From positions 25,858 to 89,857 of the forward strand of contig CAZWIJ010000006.1 in the NCBI GenBank assembly GCA_964633865.1: DNA of 64,000 bases, read 5' to 3'. A program made the position numbers and the translations under genes. Shown here in pieces: positions 59,643-64,000 of this stretch. The notes under the pieces are model-generated. The model was given only the letters and a program-made list of their open reading frames with translations, was not told where the DNA came from and did no database searches. The DNA is from an uncultured Candidatus Saccharibacteria bacterium (lineage in GTDB: Bacteria; Patescibacteriota; Minisyncoccia; SW-4-49-11). Numbering within the stretch: the first letter of the stretch is position 1; each line of letters begins with the position of its first letter.

Positions 59643-60287
59643 ATGGATCAAGATAGTTGGTTTGGAAATGTTATACTAGGTATAATAGTGGTATCAGTTA
59701 TAGGAGCTATTGTTTGGGGATTACAGACTTCTGATAGTCAAGATAAAAATGTAAATATAGAAGTAACTTCAGAAGACAGTTTTAAAGGTATAGAAGATGC
59801 AAAAGTAACTATAGTAAATTATAGTGATTTACAATGCCCAGCTTGTAAAAGTTATGAACCTATAATTAGTGAAGTTATAGACGAATATAAGGATAAAATA
59901 ACATTTGTATATAGACATTTTCCTTTAAAAAGTATTCATCCTAATGCAGAATCAGCTGCCATTGCAACAGAATCAGCAAAAATTCAGGATAAGTTTTGGG
60001 AAATGAAAGAAATTTTATTTGATAAACAATCTGAGTGGTCCGAGGAATCTGATCCTAAAGAATTGTTTATTAAATATGCAGAAGAGATAGGGTTAGATAA
60101 AGAAAAATTCGAACAAGATTTAGAAAATGAATCTGTTATTAGTAAAGTAGATTCTGATTATAATTCAGGAATTGCTATAGGTATTAATTCAACTCCTACT
60201 TTTATAGTAAATGGTAGAATTATAGATAATCCTCAATCAGTTGATGCATTTAAATCTTTAATTGATGACGAGCTAGCAAAAGAGTAG
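59643..60287 (+). CDS. membrane-anchored DsbA-family thiol:disulfide oxidoreductase
   Basis: N-terminal TM, CPACKSYEP CxxC thioredoxin-fold motif, FVYRHFPL. Confidence 0.6.
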   Translation: MDQDSWFGNVILGIIVVSVIGAIVWGLQTSDSQDKNVNIEVTSEDSFKGIEDAKVTIVNYSDLQCPACKSYEPIISEVIDEYKDKITFVYRHFPLKSIHPNAESAAIATESAKIQDKFWEMKEILFDKQSEWSEESDPKELFIKYAEEIGLDKEKFEQDLENESVISKVDSDYNSGIAIGINSTPTFIVNGRIIDNPQSVDAFKSLIDDELAKE

Positions 60288-60310
60288 TTCTACTTGTACA
60301 AAAATTATTT

Positions 60311-60580
60311 TTGGAGTATACTTTAGATGTACATTTAAGTATACTCTTTTTTATGATTTATAAAAAATTAGGAATTTTTATTTCAGTTATTATGAGTTCT
60401 TTGTTTTTAATTTTAATTGTTATAGGTTTTTATCTTTATTCTTATTTGTTAAATATAAAGTTTATTCAAGATAGACTGATAGCATTTGTAATAGTAATTA
60501 TTTTACAGATAGTTATGCTATTATTTATTCCAGCAAGTATTGTTTCTACATATAAAGAATATCAAATGTTGAAGAAATAA
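60311..60580 (+). CDS. hypothetical small membrane protein
   Basis: 89 aa, 3 hydrophobic segments. Confidence 0.25.
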   Translation: MEYTLDVHLSILFFMIYKKLGIFISVIMSSLFLILIVIGFYLYSYLLNIKFIQDRLIAFVIVIILQIVMLLFIPASIVSTYKEYQMLKK

Positions 60581-60587
60581 CATAATA

Positions 60588-60616
60588 AAAGCTACAATTA
60601 TTTATTGTAGCTTTTT
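60588..60616. terminator. bidirectional hairpin terminator (aaagctacaat / attgtagcttt)
   Basis: 11-bp stem between convergent genes. Confidence 0.4.
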
Positions 60617-60645
60617 AAAATTTAACGAGATATTATATTATAATA

Positions 60646-61062
60646 CTAATTCTGAATTGTCCCTATTTTATAATCAACTAACAAATCCCAAGCTCTATTT
60701 GAGTGAATCTGGGCAAATAAACCAGAAACTTCTTGTCCGCATTGCTCAGATATTCTTTGCACTCCACCAGGATGAGAATCTATGAAGTTTGAAACATCAT
60801 AGACATTATTTCTAATCACAAGATAACAATCATCTCTAGTGTTATGGGTTGCTACTTCTTCTAATGTAAATTGAGTAAGTTCATCTGAATTGGATTGGGT
60901 TTTATTATTGTCATTAGGTTGTAAGGTAGAAGGTTCATTATTTATAGAATTTGTTTGAATATTATTGTCTATACTTTTATCCTCTGGTAGATTTATAAAT
61001 ACAATTATGGAAACTCCTATCACTAATATTAAAGAGATTATAATTAAAGGTAATTTTTTCAT
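60646..61062 (-). CDS. membrane-anchored cytochrome b5-like heme/steroid-binding domain protein
   Basis: N-terminal TM; C-terminal FTLEEVATHNT...CYLVIRNNVYDVSNFIDSHPGG with the diagnostic HPGG motif. Confidence 0.55.
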   Translation of the reverse strand: MKKLPLIIISLILVIGVSIIVFINLPEDKSIDNNIQTNSINNEPSTLQPNDNNKTQSNSDELTQFTLEEVATHNTRDDCYLVIRNNVYDVSNFIDSHPGGVQRISEQCGQEVSGLFAQIHSNRAWDLLVDYKIGTIQN

Positions 61063-61163
61063 GTAAATTAATCATTTTAATTTTATAATATAAATTATAT
61101 CATAATTTGTAAATATATGTAAATATGATATGATATTTATGTGTAGTTTATTTTAAATTATAC

Positions 61164-62720
61164 ATGTCAAATATTAATAGAACTTTTACATATATGAATC
61201 CAATCACATTGATATGGTTTTTTTTAGCAGGCTTGGGAGGCGGAAGTTTAGGATATATTTTAAGAATATATATTTCTAAAAAAAATTTTGACTCATATGA
61301 ATCTAAAATTAAATCACTTGAAGAAAAACATCAAACAGATGTTAAAAAGAAATTAAATAGTGCAGAAAAGAAAGTCGATAATATGATTGATGATGCTAGA
61401 AAAGAAGCATCTAATATTAGACAAAATGCTATTTTGGTTGAAAAAAATTCTCTAAAAAAAGAGCAAGAGTTAGAACAAAAAATAAAAAATTTAGAAAAAG
61501 ATAAAAATGAACTGAGACAAAAAGCTGATAAAGTTAAATCTTTGTATAAAGAAGCAGAAACTTTCAAATCAAAGCAAGAAGAATCATTACAAAAAATTGC
61601 TGGATTGACAAAAGACGAAGCTAAGAATATTCTTATTTCTCAGGAAGAAAAATTATCTCAAAAAGATTTAATGATTCAGATTGAAAGATTAGAATCCGTT
61701 AGAAAAGAACATCTAGAGCAAAAAGCTAAAAATATAATGGTTTTAGCTATGCAAAAGTATGCTCAAGAACAAGTATCTGAATATACAACAACTACAATAC
61801 CATTAGAGAATGAAGAAATTAAAGGTAAAATAATTGGTAAGGAAGGTAGAAATATCCGTACATTGGAAAATAGTACAGGAGTTCAGATCATTGTGGATGA
61901 TACTCCTGAAACGATTGTTCTATCATCATTTGATCCTATAAGAAGAACAATAGCTAAATTAGCAGTTGAGAACTTATTAAAAGATGGAAGAATTCAGCCA
62001 GCTAGAATTGAGGAGTTTGTTATAAAAGCTAAGGAAGAGATTCACCAAAAAATTAAAAAAGCAGGTGACTCTGCTTTATATGAATTAGGAATAACAGGAG
62101 TTGATTCAAAACTTGCTTATATTTTAGGTAGACTTATGTTTAGAACTAGTTATGGACAAAATGTTTTGATGCATAGTATAGAAGTTGCATATTTAGCAGG
62201 TATTATAGCTTCTGAATTAGGAGCAAATGTTATGATTGCTAAAATGGGAGGATTATTTCATGATATTGGTAAAGCATTAGATCATGAAGTAGAGGGGACA
62301 CATGTTAATATTGGTATGATGTTACTTTCCAAATATAATATTGATCCAGAAGTGATCAAAGCTATGCAATCTCATCATGAAGAATATCCTTATGAAACGA
62401 TAGAATCAAGAATTGTACAGGTAGCAGATGCTATATCAGCATCAAGACCAGGTGCAAGAAGAGATACAGCAGATAATTATATTAAAAGATTGGGAGCTTT
62501 GGAGAAGATTAGTAATTCTTTTAATGGAGTTGAAAGAAGTTATGCTATTAATGCAGGAAGAGAAATAAGAATTTTTGTCACTCCATATAAAGTTTCTGAT
62601 ATTAATGCTAAAAAACTGGCAAGAAATATAGCTAATCGAATAGAAGAAGAGCTTAATTTTCCAGGAGAGATTAAGGTTACTGTTATAAGAGAAACAAGAA
62701 TTATTGATTATGCTAGATAA
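61164..62720 (+). CDS. rny: ribonuclease Y
   Basis: N-terminal TM, coiled-coil, KH domain (IIGKEGRNIRTLE), HD domain (LFHDIGKA...H..EG). Confidence 0.85.
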   Translation: MSNINRTFTYMNPITLIWFFLAGLGGGSLGYILRIYISKKNFDSYESKIKSLEEKHQTDVKKKLNSAEKKVDNMIDDARKEASNIRQNAILVEKNSLKKEQELEQKIKNLEKDKNELRQKADKVKSLYKEAETFKSKQEESLQKIAGLTKDEAKNILISQEEKLSQKDLMIQIERLESVRKEHLEQKAKNIMVLAMQKYAQEQVSEYTTTTIPLENEEIKGKIIGKEGRNIRTLENSTGVQIIVDDTPETIVLSSFDPIRRTIAKLAVENLLKDGRIQPARIEEFVIKAKEEIHQKIKKAGDSALYELGITGVDSKLAYILGRLMFRTSYGQNVLMHSIEVAYLAGIIASELGANVMIAKMGGLFHDIGKALDHEVEGTHVNIGMMLLSKYNIDPEVIKAMQSHHEEYPYETIESRIVQVADAISASRPGARRDTADNYIKRLGALEKISNSFNGVERSYAINAGREIRIFVTPYKVSDINAKKLARNIANRIEEELNFPGEIKVTVIRETRIIDYAR

Positions 62721-62845
62721 AACCCTTTACAATAATTGAAAATAGATTTATTATAATACTAGTAGATGAATTTATTTAAATTCTATCTAAATATAAAGAA
62801 GTCGAAATATATGATAAAAAAATTGAGAGAGGAGGTGTTAAGAAA

Positions 62846-63118
62846 ATGAATAAATCAGAAATTATAGATGTAATCTCTTCTAAAACAGGTTTAACTAAAA
62901 AAGATACAGATTTAGTAATACAATCATTTGTTGAGGTAGTTACTAATACTCTAGTAAAAGGAGAAGAAGTTGTTTTAACAGGTTTTGGAACTTTCTCAAT
63001 AACAGAAAGACAAGCAAGAACAGGAGTTAATCCTAGAACTTTAGAAAAAATTCAAATAGCAGCTACAAAAACTCCTAAATTTAAAGCAGGAGCTAAGCTT
63101 AAAGAAGCAGTTAAATAG
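62846..63118 (+). CDS. hup: DNA-binding protein HU
   Basis: MNKSEII..I......TKKD....I.SF.E.VT..L.KGE.V.L.GFGTF....R.AR.G.NP.T......A...P.FKAG..LK; strong SD gagaggagg. Confidence 0.85.
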   Translation: MNKSEIIDVISSKTGLTKKDTDLVIQSFVEVVTNTLVKGEEVVLTGFGTFSITERQARTGVNPRTLEKIQIAATKTPKFKAGAKLKEAVK

Positions 63119-63244
63119 TTATTTGTTTTTATAAAAATCCATTTGAAAAATATATTTAATATATAATAAAATGGATTTTTTTATTTATGAAAAAATAAAG
63201 AGATATGATATAATAAATATATAGTTAATAAATAATTTTAAAGT

Positions 63245-64000
63245 ATGAACATATTAATTACAGGGGGAGCTGGATTTATAGGATCAAATTTTTTGTATTA
63301 TATGATAAAAAAATATCCTGAATATCAATTTATAAATTATGATAAAATTACTTATTCAGGTAACTTAGATAATTTAAAAGAATTAGAAAATAAATCAAAT
63401 TATAATTTTGTGAAAGGAGATATACAAGACTATGATTTATTACATGAGACAGTAAATAAATATAATATAGATTATATAATCAATTTTGCAGCTGAGACTC
63501 ATGTTGATAGATCAATTTATGGTTTTGCAAAAGATTTTATACTTACAAATGTTTTAGGAACACAAGTAATTTTAGAAATAGTAAAAAATAATAGAGATAA
63601 AATTAAAAGATATATTCATATTTCTACTGATGAAGTTTATGGATCTTTGGAATTGGGTGGGGAAGATAAGTTTAGCGAAGAAGATAAGTTCTCCCCAAAC
63701 TCACCTTATTCAGCATCCAAAGCAAGTTCAGATCTGTTTTGTAGAGCTTATTTACATACCTATAATTTACCTATTATAATTACACATTGTTCTAATAATT
63801 ACGGGCCTTATCAATTCCCAGAAAAAATGATACCATTTTTCATATTGAAGTTACTAAAAAATGAAAAAGTCCCAGTTTATGGAGACGGGCTTAATATTAG
63901 AGATTGGATTCATACGATAGATCATGCAAGTGCAGTAGATTTACTTTTACATAAAGGACAAGATGGCGAAACTTATAATATAGGCTCAGATAATGAGATT
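63245..64000 (+). CDS. rfbB: dTDP-glucose 4,6-dehydratase (5' partial, runs off window)
   Basis: MNILITGGAGFIGSNF...YDKITYSGNL..., YSASKASSD (YxxxK), HVDRS motif; no stop before window end. Confidence 0.75.
   Translation, partial: MNILITGGAGFIGSNFLYYMIKKYPEYQFINYDKITYSGNLDNLKELENKSNYNFVKGDIQDYDLLHETVNKYNIDYIINFAAETHVDRSIYGFAKDFILTNVLGTQVILEIVKNNRDKIKRYIHISTDEVYGSLELGGEDKFSEEDKFSPNSPYSASKASSDLFCRAYLHTYNLPIIITHCSNNYGPYQFPEKMIPFFILKLLKNEKVPVYGDGLNIRDWIHTIDHASAVDLLLHKGQDGETYNIGSDNEI

Noticed and set aside
62721-62845. Candidate sigma70 promoter upstream of hup (tttaca … tataat)
   Set aside because: The spacer between the hexamers is ~20 nt, outside the functional 16-18 nt range. No promoter is called here.

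Overview
This is an AT-rich (~30% GC) bacterial chromosome segment, gene-dense and almost entirely on the + strand. It mixes conserved housekeeping genes (murA, alaS, rpsF-ssb-rpsR, rpsT, rpsU, ybeY, ftsA, trmD, pgk, rsmA/ksgA, rsmE, uvrB, rny, hup, secG, galU, rfbB partial) with a large cell-surface/pilus complement. Standard stop codons including TGA are used (e.g. TGA at 3424-3426, overlapping the next start). Many genes lack a Shine-Dalgarno sequence and several proteins are unusually compact. This is compatible with a reduced-genome, possibly CPR/Patescibacteria-like organism, though that is an inference.

Main elements:
- An unlinked 23S-5S rRNA operon (12526-15757) with its own promoter and a long-range processing stem. 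There is no 16S or tRNA in the operon.
- tRNA-Lys(UUU) at 52416-52488.
- A competence/type IV pilus locus, comFC | pilM-pilN-pilO-pilB-cheY-like-pilT-pilC (40435-48109), followed by two tandem pilin genes that have a strong promoter and a perfect 32-bp palindrome between them.
- Six proteins carrying a prepilin-type N-terminal motif. Three of them are giant fusions of a complete, highly conserved pilin module to different C-terminal domains: a delta-60-type 7-repeat propeller, SBBP-type propeller repeats, and FN3 domains plus a Gly-rich solenoid-like tail. The pilin module has a markedly purine-rich coding strand.
- A VirB4-like ATPase split over two adjacent ORFs (26159-28692), divergent from a short pilin and followed by membrane-anchored PD40-like and small membrane proteins. 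This is a candidate minimal T4SS-like module.
- A second actin-like ATPase/membrane-protein/CheY-like cluster (18195-21836) that parallels the pil operon.
- A solo MazF/PemK-like toxin, an AbiEii-like nucleotidyltransferase pair, a class II photolyase and a cupin-OmpR-HisK module.
- A GC-rich hairpin-dense intergenic region (50444-50729) with a perfect sigma70 promoter, which is a candidate small RNA.

No CRISPR array, transposase or integrase was seen.
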